A stretch of 33,900 nucleotides of DNA from Sandaracinaceae bacterium (GTDB lineage: Bacteria > Myxococcota_A > Polyangia > Polyangiales > Sandaracinaceae), in contig JBGAQA010000076.1 in the NCBI GenBank assembly GCA_044220955.1, positions 1 through 33,900 of the forward strand, read 5' to 3'. The notes under the pieces are model-generated. The model worked only from the letters and a program-made list of their open reading frames with translations, was not told where the DNA came from and searched no databases. The translations under genes and the position numbers were made by a program. Below are positions 26,369-33,900 of this stretch, piece by piece. How positions within the stretch are numbered: the stretch's first letter is position 1; each line of letters opens with the position of its first letter.

Positions 26369-27067
26369 TCAGCGCGAGGTCGGCTTGCCGCGGAGCTCCT
26401 CCGCCATGGCCTCGTCGATCCTCGCGATCTTGACCGTCGTGCGCGCGCTGCCCTCGCGCGGCGTGCGCAGGACGGCCTCGGCCTCCTGCGAGCTCAGCGC
26501 GGCCACGCGCGCCGTCTGGCGGCCCGTCGGGCTCGGCTCCGGGGGCGTCGGCGTCGGGGTGCGCGCCGGCGGCGGCGTGCGCCTCGTGGCGGCGGCGGTC
26601 GGCGGCGTGTGGGTCGCGTGCATCGGCGGCGGCGGGACCGAGCTCGGCGCGCTCCGCGCCGATGGGAGCGCCGTCGAGCTCGAGCGCTGACGCGCGAGCC
26701 ACCGGTGCCCCTCGGCGACGGCCGTGAACGCGCGCACGGGCAGCCGCTCCGAGAGCGCCGTCATGTTCACGCGCGCGATCATCATCTCGTCGCGCAGCAC
26801 GAAGCCGATCATCTCGAACGCGCGCTGCGAGCGAATCCAACGCCACATCGCCGCGCGCGCGTCACCGCCCTGGTCGTCGCCGCGCGCCTCCGACCGAGCG
26901 TCGACGAGGAGCCGGCGGAGGTGGAAGCGCTGCGAGGCGAGCTCGAGCTCGGACACGTAGCGCAGTACCTCCTCGCCGCTCGTGAGCGTGCCGTGCTCCA
27001 CCACGAGCAGGTAGTCCGCTCGCGCCGTCAGCGAAGCACTTCCGTTCGTCAGCTCGATGGTCGACAT
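26369..27067 (-). CDS. hypothetical protein (SpoIIAA-like N-terminus, Pro/Thr-rich tail)
   Basis: Likely start ATG 27067 (MSTIELTNG). RRLLVDAR..VRAFTAVAEGHRWL followed by a low-complexity tail. Confidence 0.55.
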   Translation of the reverse strand: MSTIELTNGSASLTARADYLLVVEHGTLTSGEEVLRYVSELELASQRFHLRRLLVDARSEARGDDQGGDARAAMWRWIRSQRAFEMIGFVLRDEMMIARVNMTALSERLPVRAFTAVAEGHRWLARQRSSSTALPSARSAPSSVPPPPMHATHTPPTAAATRRTPPPARTPTPTPPEPSPTGRQTARVAALSSQEAEAVLRTPREGSARTTVKIARIDEAMAEELRGKPTSR

Positions 27068-27198
27068 CACCAACCGATCCGAGCGGGAGAGTAGCCGACG
27101 CACAGCCGGCTCGTGCCCGCAATTGACGCGTCTCTTCTCGACGGATCATTCCAAGTTGCCCGGACGAGCCCGCGCCACGAGCGCGCTATGCTGCGCTC

Positions 27199-27726
27199 GT
27201 GGTCACCCTCGTCGTGCTCGCCGTGACGCTGATCGTCGTGGCGCTCGCCGTGCTCTCGACGCGGCGGAGCCCGCCGGGGTTCCCCCCTTCGCGCGACGTG
27301 CCTGGGGTCCGCTCGGCGCTGGTCTTCGAGCGCCTCGCGGGCGACGTGCTCGACGATGGCGAGAGCGCGCCCGACCCGGCGCTGCTGGATGCGATCGCCC
27401 GGAGGCTGGAGCAGGTCGGTGCGGAGCCCGGCTCCTGGCGCGCGGAGCGCGAGGGCACCGTCGAGCTCGCGGGGCTGATGCTCGGTGACGCGTTTCTTCT
27501 CACGCTCGGTCCGGTCTCGCGCATGCGCTGGCAGCTTCACGTGTACGCGCAGCCGCTCGGCGGGCCGCGCTACGTCGCGCCGCCGCGCACCGACAGCATG
27601 AAGACCGTGATGCGCGCGATCGATCACGCCGTGCGAGCGCTGCCCGACGTGCACGTGATCGGCTGGCAGAGCCGGCAGGACGCCTTCCACGGTGAAGAGG
27701 CGTACGCCGAGTCGCCGGTCGATTGA
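27199..27726 (+). CDS. hypothetical protein with N-terminal membrane anchor
   Basis: N-terminal hydrophobic helix. TATGCT 6 nt before the GTG. Confidence 0.65.
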   Translation: MVTLVVLAVTLIVVALAVLSTRRSPPGFPPSRDVPGVRSALVFERLAGDVLDDGESAPDPALLDAIARRLEQVGAEPGSWRAEREGTVELAGLMLGDAFLLTLGPVSRMRWQLHVYAQPLGGPRYVAPPRTDSMKTVMRAIDHAVRALPDVHVIGWQSRQDAFHGEEAYAESPVD

Positions 27727-27781
27727 TCGCGGCCCGCCCGCGCGCATTGATCACGGAGCGATCGAGCGCCATAGAAGCGCC

Positions 27782-28714
27782 ATGAGCGAAGTCGTGGACG
27801 GCGCGCTGCGTGCGCGCATCGAGGAGATCCTCGGATCGGGCAAGGTCGTCCTCTTCATGAAGGGGAGCCGTCGCGCGCCCGCGTGCGGCTTCTCGTCGCG
27901 GACGGTGGACGTGCTGGACGAGCTCTTGCCGGACTACGTGACGGTCGACATCCTCGCCGACGAGGCGCTCCGCGAGGGGATGAAGGTCTACGCGAGCTGG
28001 CCGACGTTCCCGCAGCTCTACGTGGACGGGAAGCTGATCGGCGGCGCCGACATCGTCACCGACATGCACGCCGCCGGCGAGCTCGCCGCGGCCGTCGGGA
28101 CGAGCGGACCGATGTCCGTCGAGACGCCAGAGGTGATGCTGACCGAAGCGGCGATGGAGGCCTTCGTCTCCTACGCGGAGACCACGCCCGCGGCAGTTCG
28201 TCTCGAGATCGATCGTGCGTTCGACGCCGTGCTCGACCTCGCGCCCGCGCGCCCGGGCGACGTCATCCTCGACATGGGCCGTGTCGTGCTCGCGATGGAT
28301 GCGGCGAGCGCGCGCCGCGCCGACGGCATGACGATCGACTTCGTGCGCACCAAGACCACCGAGGGCTTCAAGATCGAGAACCCGAGCGCACCGCCCAAGG
28401 TGCGCCCGCTCTCGGTCGAGGCGCTCAAGGCCATGCTCGACGCCCGGAAGCCGATGCTACTGCTCGACGTCCGGACCGAGGACGAGCGCGAGATCGTGAA
28501 GCTCGAGGGCTCCGTGCGCTTCTCGGCGGACGATCCCGAGATCCTCGACGAGGTCGATCGCGCGATGCCGATCGTCCTCTACTGCCACCACGGGATCCGC
28601 AGCCGCGCCGCTGCCGAGCACGTGATCCGGCTCGGCTTCCGCGAGGTGCACGACGTCACCGGCGGGGTCGAGGCGTGGGCGCAGCGCGTCGACCCGCGCG
28701 CGAAGCGGTACTGA
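27782..28714 (+). CDS. grxD: Grx4 monothiol glutaredoxin fused to HesB/IscA-like and rhodanese domains (310 aa)
   Basis: VVLFMKG..PACGFS, WPTFPQLYV..GGADIV; middle domain LTEAA..IDFV..GFKIENP; C-terminal LLDVRT..YCHHGIRS..GGVEAW. Start ATG 27782. Confidence 0.9.
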   Translation: MSEVVDGALRARIEEILGSGKVVLFMKGSRRAPACGFSSRTVDVLDELLPDYVTVDILADEALREGMKVYASWPTFPQLYVDGKLIGGADIVTDMHAAGELAAAVGTSGPMSVETPEVMLTEAAMEAFVSYAETTPAAVRLEIDRAFDAVLDLAPARPGDVILDMGRVVLAMDAASARRADGMTIDFVRTKTTEGFKIENPSAPPKVRPLSVEALKAMLDARKPMLLLDVRTEDEREIVKLEGSVRFSADDPEILDEVDRAMPIVLYCHHGIRSRAAAEHVIRLGFREVHDVTGGVEAWAQRVDPRAKRY

Positions 28715-28715
28715 C

Positions 28716-29618
28716 GTGCGTCGCCGCGTGATCTCCCTCTCCCACCTCGTGGGAGAGGGCCCGGGTGAGGGCCTCTTCGCGCTGACGGTCATCCTGTGCG
28801 TCATCGCTGGCTGCGACTCGGGGCAGGGGCGCGCCGACGCGGGCGCGACGGATGCGCGCGCGGCCGTGGACACCGGGCGCGCGGACGCGGCCACGGGCGG
28901 GGATGGGGGCGGGGACGCGGGCGCGGGCGAGGATGCGGGCGCGGGCGAGGATGCGGGCGCGGGCGTCGACGCCGGCGCGGGCGTGGACGCGTTCGTGTCG
29001 AGCGACGCGTTCGTGTCGAGCGACGCGTTCGTGTCGAGCGACGCGTTCGTGTCGAGCGACGCGTTCGTGCCGAGCGACGCTGGGCACGACGCTTTCGTCT
29101 CCACGGGCGGCTGCGTCTCGGGCGCGACCGGCACGCGCGCCGTGCGCTTTCGCTGGCGCGGCTCGGGCCCGGGCTCGACCGCGTACGTCGACTACCAGGT
29201 CAACGAGCTGCCGGACACCTCGCCCTGGCACGTCTCGGCGGCGAGCCGATCTTTCTCGTACACGCCCGTCTTCGACGACACCTTCCTCGGCGAGGGCGGC
29301 CTCGACCTCGAGGGCACCGCGTTCATCGACGTCGAGCTGAGCACCCTCGGGCTCGCGTCGGCGTCGAGCGTGACGATCGCGATCTACGGCCGCTCCTTCG
29401 CCACGACCACGAGCGGCAGCTTCCACTGGCAGACGTTCCACGGAACCGGCAGCGCCCCGACCAACCTCGTCGCGAACAGCGCGCCCTACGAGTGGTACCT
29501 CGCCGACGCGACGAGCGAGCTGCCCGCGGGCGATGGCGCGACGCTGCTCCGCATCTATCCCGGGCCGTCCTCCGGTGCGCTCATCGTCAGCCGTGTCGAG
29601 ATCTGCTTCACGGAGTGA
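28716..29618 (+). CDS. lipoprotein with tandem-repeat linker and C-terminal beta-rich domain
   Basis: Lipobox IAGC, DAGAGE/DAFVSS repeat linker, globular C-terminal domain. Starts 1 nt after the grxD stop. Confidence 0.7.
   Translation: MRRRVISLSHLVGEGPGEGLFALTVILCVIAGCDSGQGRADAGATDARAAVDTGRADAATGGDGGGDAGAGEDAGAGEDAGAGVDAGAGVDAFVSSDAFVSSDAFVSSDAFVSSDAFVPSDAGHDAFVSTGGCVSGATGTRAVRFRWRGSGPGSTAYVDYQVNELPDTSPWHVSAASRSFSYTPVFDDTFLGEGGLDLEGTAFIDVELSTLGLASASSVTIAIYGRSFATTTSGSFHWQTFHGTGSAPTNLVANSAPYEWYLADATSELPAGDGATLLRIYPGPSSGALIVSRVEICFTE
28735..28772. repeat. REP-like palindromic element (within CDS 5' end)
   Basis: Perfect 11-bp stem CCCTCTCCCAC-CTC-GTGGGAGAGGG followed by CCCGGGTGAGGGC. Related to 8611-8650. 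Confidence 0.7.
28914..29075 (+). repeat. coding 18-bp tandem repeat array (9 units of two types)
   Basis: 4 x DAGAG(E/V) at 28914-28985, then 4 perfect GACGCGTTCGTGTCGAGC plus 1 variant (DAFVSS/DAFVPS) at 28986-29075. Confidence 0.9.
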
Positions 29619-29635
29619 GCGTCCGCGCAGCGCGG

Positions 29636-31498
29636 TCAGAAGGGCATGCCGAGCGGCACGAAGTCCATGCCGCCCGGGACCATGTAGCTCGTGTAGCTGC
29701 CGAAGCCGTACACGTAGAGCCCGAAGAGGTGGTCGCCGCGGATCGCGTGCGAGCCCGCCGAGATGCGGATCTGGCCCGTCGCCATTCCCGTCGCCGTCGA
29801 CTGGGTCAGCATCCCGGTGATCGGCGCGTCGTCCAGGTACACCTGTCCGCCCATCGGGATCGCGACGCCGATGTAGCTCTGCGAGTACGTGTCGGGCGCG
29901 AGGATCTCGTAGCTTCGCCGGTACTGGGCCGTGGGCACGACGAGCGACATCGCCGGGTCGCCGACCGCGAAGGGACTGCGGCCGATCGTGTCGAAGCCCA
30001 GGTAGTTCTGTCCGACGAGGAAGAGCGCGCCGAGGATGGGGCCGTCCGCGCGCGCCCACACGTCCTGGTCGACCTCGTGCTCGGTGTACTCGCCGCGCGT
30101 CAGGTCCACGGCGTCGGTGCCGTCGCGCAGCGGCGGGTCGAAGGTCACGTGGGCGGCGCCGCCGACCGCGACGATTCGCAGGATGTTCGGCTCGCCCATG
30201 CGGATCGGATGCGTGACGGGCACGAAGAGGTCGTTCGCGAGCGACTCGACCGGAAAGATCTGCTCCTCGACGTGGTCGCAGGCCCAGCGGTTGTAGGGGA
30301 CGAACGTGCAGTCGTGACCGCTGTAGACCGCGACCCGCTCGCTGGAGACGATCTCGGTCCCCGTCAGGTCGTAGTCGCGACCCGGGTCGCAGTACGTGAC
30401 CGTCGTCGTGCCGCGCATGTCCATGTCGGATACACCCGGGCACGCCCCCGACGGGTCCGCGCTCTCGAGGACGAGCACGTCGCCCACCGCGAGCGCGAAG
30501 TCGTGCGACTCACCGGGCGCGAGGGCCGGGACGGCGCCGTCGCTCGAGGGGAGCGTGTGCGCGCTCGAGCGCACCGTCACGGCGATCGCGTGATCCTCGG
30601 CGTTCACGATCGCGACGAAGCCGGGCGAGGCGCCGCGCATGGGCGCCATCCCGCTCTCGACGCGGTCGAGCACGTGCGTCGGGCGCGACACGACGAGGTA
30701 GCTCCCGGTGAGCACGTGCACCGGCAGGAGCAGCGAGGCGTCGTTCGTGTAGGAGAAGCAGCCGTCCACGGGGTCGGTCGACGTGCACGTCGGGCTGCTC
30801 TGGTAGCGCAGCGGGTTGAACTGCGTGAGCGTCACCGGGACGTCCGAGACGACGTGGTAGGCGCCGTCGGGCACGAGCACGGAGGCCGGCGCGCCCGCCG
30901 TGCCGCGCAGCGCGTCCACCCAGGGCAGCTCGCGGATCGCGAGCGCGCCCGGGGGCACCACCAGCTGCTCGATCACGTCGGTCGAGTGCAGGATGGTCAC
31001 CTGCGCGTCCACGAGCTGCGGGTTCGCGATGACCACCGCGTACTGGAACGCGGGGTTCAGCTCCGAGTTCGGCAGCACGGTCGGGTAGTAGTCGCAGCCG
31101 ATGTACGAGTGGTCCGTGACGGCCTGCTCGCAGAGGTTCACGCAGCCGGCCTGGCTGCAGTGCTCGCCGATCGAAGGGTCGCACGTCGGCCCGGGCATCC
31201 GCGCCGTGCCCTCGATGTTGCAGAGGCTCACCATCTCGCCCGTGCAGGTCACCTGCGCGGGGACGCACGTACGACAGCCGAGGCCGGGGGCGCAGATCTG
31301 GCCGGACGCCGCGCAGTCCGTCTGCGAGGTGGCGTGTCCCGCGCCGTCGCACGTGGCGAGCTCGGTGCCGTAGCAGACCATCCCGGCGGGCTGCGCCGTG
31401 CAGGGGTTCGACCCCGCGTCGCGCAGCGTCCCCGCGTTCGGGACGCGATTGCAGCCGGCGATCGCCGCGAGCGCGAGGAGGCCGAGCGAGACGCGCAT
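29636..31498 (-). CDS. lipoprotein with IgGFc-binding protein N-terminal domain (620 aa)
   Basis: Start ATG 31498 (MRVSLGLLALAAIAGC). SYIGCDYY, FSYTNDASLLLP, DLTGTEI, ACDHVEEQIFP, GDPAMSLVVPTAQY, YGFGSYTSYMVPGG. Confidence 0.88.
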   Translation of the reverse strand: MRVSLGLLALAAIAGCNRVPNAGTLRDAGSNPCTAQPAGMVCYGTELATCDGAGHATSQTDCAASGQICAPGLGCRTCVPAQVTCTGEMVSLCNIEGTARMPGPTCDPSIGEHCSQAGCVNLCEQAVTDHSYIGCDYYPTVLPNSELNPAFQYAVVIANPQLVDAQVTILHSTDVIEQLVVPPGALAIRELPWVDALRGTAGAPASVLVPDGAYHVVSDVPVTLTQFNPLRYQSSPTCTSTDPVDGCFSYTNDASLLLPVHVLTGSYLVVSRPTHVLDRVESGMAPMRGASPGFVAIVNAEDHAIAVTVRSSAHTLPSSDGAVPALAPGESHDFALAVGDVLVLESADPSGACPGVSDMDMRGTTTVTYCDPGRDYDLTGTEIVSSERVAVYSGHDCTFVPYNRWACDHVEEQIFPVESLANDLFVPVTHPIRMGEPNILRIVAVGGAAHVTFDPPLRDGTDAVDLTRGEYTEHEVDQDVWARADGPILGALFLVGQNYLGFDTIGRSPFAVGDPAMSLVVPTAQYRRSYEILAPDTYSQSYIGVAIPMGGQVYLDDAPITGMLTQSTATGMATGQIRISAGSHAIRGDHLFGLYVYGFGSYTSYMVPGGMDFVPLGMPF

Positions 31499-31515
31499 GG
31501 GGCGATGGTAGGCCA

Positions 31516-31917
31516 TCATCCGCGCTCGCGCGCGCTGCCGGCGCACTCGCTCGCTGGGTCGGGGGTGATCTCGGAGCGCAGCGAGTCCACGTGGGCGAGC
31601 CACTCGCCGATCACGTCGTCCGGCGCTCCGTGCGCGACGAGCGTCTGGCGCAGGAGCTCGCGGCGTCGCGCGAAGTGCCCGCCGAAGATGCGGTGCGCGG
31701 CGTGCGCGGCTCGCAGCGGCCGGCCGCCGTACACGACGCCCCCGCCGAGGTGCTCGGCCGCGTGCTCGTACTCGCGCTGGGCCAGGCGCGCGCGGTCCAC
31801 CTTCGCGAAGAAGAAACCGATCATCACGTCGCTCGTGGTGCGCGCGACGAAGTCGTCGATGATGCGGCGCAGCGTCGGCTCGCCGCCGAGGCGCTCGAAC
31901 GCGGTTCGCTCGGTCAC
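31516..31917 (-). CDS. group 1 truncated hemoglobin
   Basis: AFERLGGE..IIDDFV..DVMIGFFF..HLGG..YGGRPLRAAHAAHRI..HF. Start is GTG 31917 or 31935. Confidence 0.88.
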   Translation of the reverse strand: MTERTAFERLGGEPTLRRIIDDFVARTTSDVMIGFFFAKVDRARLAQREYEHAAEHLGGGVVYGGRPLRAAHAAHRIFGGHFARRRELLRQTLVAHGAPDDVIGEWLAHVDSLRSEITPDPASECAGSARERG

Positions 31918-31976
31918 CCCGACGTGATGCGGCACTCCGGCGCCGAAGGCAATCCGCCCTCTGGTATGCTCCCGCC

Positions 31977-33113
31977 GTGATGCGGCCCTGGCTCCTCGCG
32001 TCCTCGATCCTGGCCTTGGCGGGCTGTGGCGGTGCGGCCACGGAGACGACGGTCACCACGACCCCCACGGCCTCGGCCGCGATCGACCCCGAGGCGGTGC
32101 GCGAGTTCCAGGCCGGCGTGCGCGAGATGGAGCACACGTCGCGCGCCGCCGATCGTCGAGCGCGCGAGCACTTCGAGGCGGCGCTCGCGGTCGACGCGGG
32201 GCTCTGGGAGGCGCACTACCAGCTGGGCGTGCTCGACCGGCGCGCGGGCGATCTGCAGGCCGCCGCCACGCAGTTCGACACGGCGCACACGACGGCGCCC
32301 GACGCCGAGGAGGTGCTCGTCGCGCTCGCCGAGGTGCGGCACGCGCTCGGTGACGCGGGCGCGGCGGCGGACCTCTTGCGCGCGTACGTCGCGGCGCACC
32401 CGGACGAGATCCCGGCACGCGTCTCGCTCGCGACGATCTTGCGCGAGCGCCAGGACTACGACGGAGCGCTCGAGCAGGCGCGCGAGGTGCTGATCCGCCA
32501 GCCCGCGAGCGCGCGCGCGCTGGCCGAGGTGGGCCGGGTGTACCGCGCGCGCGAGCAGTACGACGTGGCCGAGCTGGTCATCCGCAAGGCGCTCGACCTC
32601 GGCGACACCGCCGAGCTGCGCAACGACCTCGGTCTGGTGCAGCTCGGGCGCGGCGACACGCAGGCGGCGTTCGAGGAGTTCGATCGCGCGATCGCGCTCG
32701 ACGCGAGCTACGCGCCGGCACACCTCAACCAGGGCTCGGTGCTCCTGCACGCCGGCGACTACGCGGGCGCCGCGGCCCACTACCAGGCGGTGCTCGACGC
32801 CGACCCCGACAACCTCGACGCGCGGGTCGCGCTCGGTATCGCGCTGCGCGGTCAGGGCCACAACGAGGAAGCGCGCCGCGCCTACCAGGCCGTCCTCGAC
32901 GCGCAGCCGACGCACGCGGCGGCGCTCTACGACATGGGTGTCTTGCTCGCCGAGTTCCTCGACGACCGCCCGCACGCCCGCGAGCTCTTCCAGCGCTACC
33001 TCGAGGTCGCCCCGAGCGGGGCGCCGCAGCGCCAGACGGCGCAGAACTACGTACAGGACATCGGCGCCGAGATGGCGCCGAGCGCGCCGAGTGGCTCCTC
33101 CAGCGGTTCGTGA
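31977..33113 (+). CDS. tetratricopeptide-repeat lipoprotein
   Basis: Lipobox LAGC and multiple TPR units ([40 protein letters not shown]). Confidence 0.88.
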   Translation: MMRPWLLASSILALAGCGGAATETTVTTTPTASAAIDPEAVREFQAGVREMEHTSRAADRRAREHFEAALAVDAGLWEAHYQLGVLDRRAGDLQAAATQFDTAHTTAPDAEEVLVALAEVRHALGDAGAAADLLRAYVAAHPDEIPARVSLATILRERQDYDGALEQAREVLIRQPASARALAEVGRVYRAREQYDVAELVIRKALDLGDTAELRNDLGLVQLGRGDTQAAFEEFDRAIALDASYAPAHLNQGSVLLHAGDYAGAAAHYQAVLDADPDNLDARVALGIALRGQGHNEEARRAYQAVLDAQPTHAAALYDMGVLLAEFLDDRPHARELFQRYLEVAPSGAPQRQTAQNYVQDIGAEMAPSAPSGSSSGS

Positions 33114-33125
33114 CATGGTCGGCCG

Positions 33126-33662
33126 ATGGCGCACGGCGACGACCACGACCACGACCACGAGCACGACGAGAACTGCGACCACGATCACGAGGGCGAAGAA
33201 GCAGAGCTCGATCCGAGCTCGCCGCGCGGCCAGCTCAACGAGCTCCTGAACGGCGCGGTCGAGGTCGCGGTCGAGCTGCTCGCCGAGCACGGCGAGTTCG
33301 ATCCATTCGCTCTCGCGCTGCGCACCGACGGCGAGGTGCTGCACCTCGGCTCGGACGGCGGCGAGGCCCCCGTGGATGGCGAGGGCCTCGACCCCGACGC
33401 GGTGATCGCCAGCCTGCGCACCTCGCTCAAGGAGCGGAAGGACGACCTCGTCGCGATCGCGATCGTCGCCGACGTCACGCTCGAGGACGAGGACTCGCAG
33501 GCGACGACCGCCGCGATCGCGATCTCCATGGAGCACCTCGTCGAGGAGCCGGTCTCGTGCTTCCTCCCCTACGAGATCGACGAGAAGAACGAGGTCGGCC
33601 TCGCCGATCTCGTCGGCGAGCCGGGCGAGCGCCACGTGTTCCCGGCGCCGATCGCGAACTGA
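33126..33662 (+). CDS. acidic hypothetical protein with N-terminal His/Asp-rich tract
   Basis: [22 protein letters not shown] followed by a globular domain ([22 protein letters not shown]). Stop overlaps the thyA start (TGATG). Confidence 0.7.
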   Translation: MAHGDDHDHDHEHDENCDHDHEGEEAELDPSSPRGQLNELLNGAVEVAVELLAEHGEFDPFALALRTDGEVLHLGSDGGEAPVDGEGLDPDAVIASLRTSLKERKDDLVAIAIVADVTLEDEDSQATTAAIAISMEHLVEEPVSCFLPYEIDEKNEVGLADLVGEPGERHVFPAPIAN

Positions 33663-33900
33663 TGCAGGCCTACCTCGATCTCCTCCGTGCAATCCGCGAG
33701 CGCGGCACGAAGAAGGGCGATCGCACGGGCACGGGCACGCTCTCGCTCTTCGGCGCGCAGCTGCGCGTGAACCTGGACGAAGGCTTCCCGCTCCTCACGA
33801 CCAAGAAGGTCCACTGGAAGTCCATCGCGCACGAGCTGCTCTGGTTCCTGCGCGGCGAGTCCAACGTTAAGTACCTGCGGGACCACGGCGTCACGATCTG
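33662..33900 (+). CDS. thyA: thymidylate synthase (3'-truncated by window edge; absent from ORF track)
   Basis: Manual translation: [79 protein letters not shown]. Confidence 0.97.
   Translation, partial: MQAYLDLLRAIRERGTKKGDRTGTGTLSLFGAQLRVNLDEGFPLLTTKKVHWKSIAHELLWFLRGESNVKYLRDHGVTI

Noticed and set aside
28914..29075. Repeat array as a CRISPR
   Set aside because: Units are contiguous 18-mers with no unique spacers, lie in frame within a CDS, and no cas genes are present.
31977..33113. TPR lipoprotein as a gliding-motility Glt/Agl component
   Set aside because: TPR repeats are generic and no other motility genes are adjacent.

Overview
Very GC-rich, gene-dense bacterial chromosome segment. 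The Cys-rich 'DAG/DGG'-linker lipoproteins, a MYXO-CTERM-like tail, a Hanks kinase and an MxcH-like TonB receptor point to Myxococcota, probably Polyangiales/Sandaracinaceae-like (inference). I call about 32 real CDS; most long Arg/Ala-rich ORFs in the track are antisense or off-frame shadows. No rRNA, tRNA, CRISPR array, integrase or transposase was seen. The most notable locus is 13965-20372: a His-rich membrane-targeted leader ORF ending in the ribosome-arrest-type motif RGPP, a ~200-nt structured spacer, a TonB-dependent receptor and two translationally coupled His-motif lipoproteins. Facing these convergently is a RegB/RegA-family pair whose kinase has Ser in place of the redox Cys and a His-rich loop, which suggests a metal-responsive uptake system under arrest-peptide control. 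A second, window-wide signal is a TANNNT -10 box 6-7 nt before many start codons with no Shine-Dalgarno, implying frequent leaderless mRNAs. The window also has a GH25 lysozyme with two predicted membrane anchors, a PIN/RHH toxin-antitoxin pair, REP-like palindromes (one apparently translated in frame), a Grx4-HesB-like-rhodanese fusion and the 5' end of thyA. All family calls are from motif recognition, not database searches.
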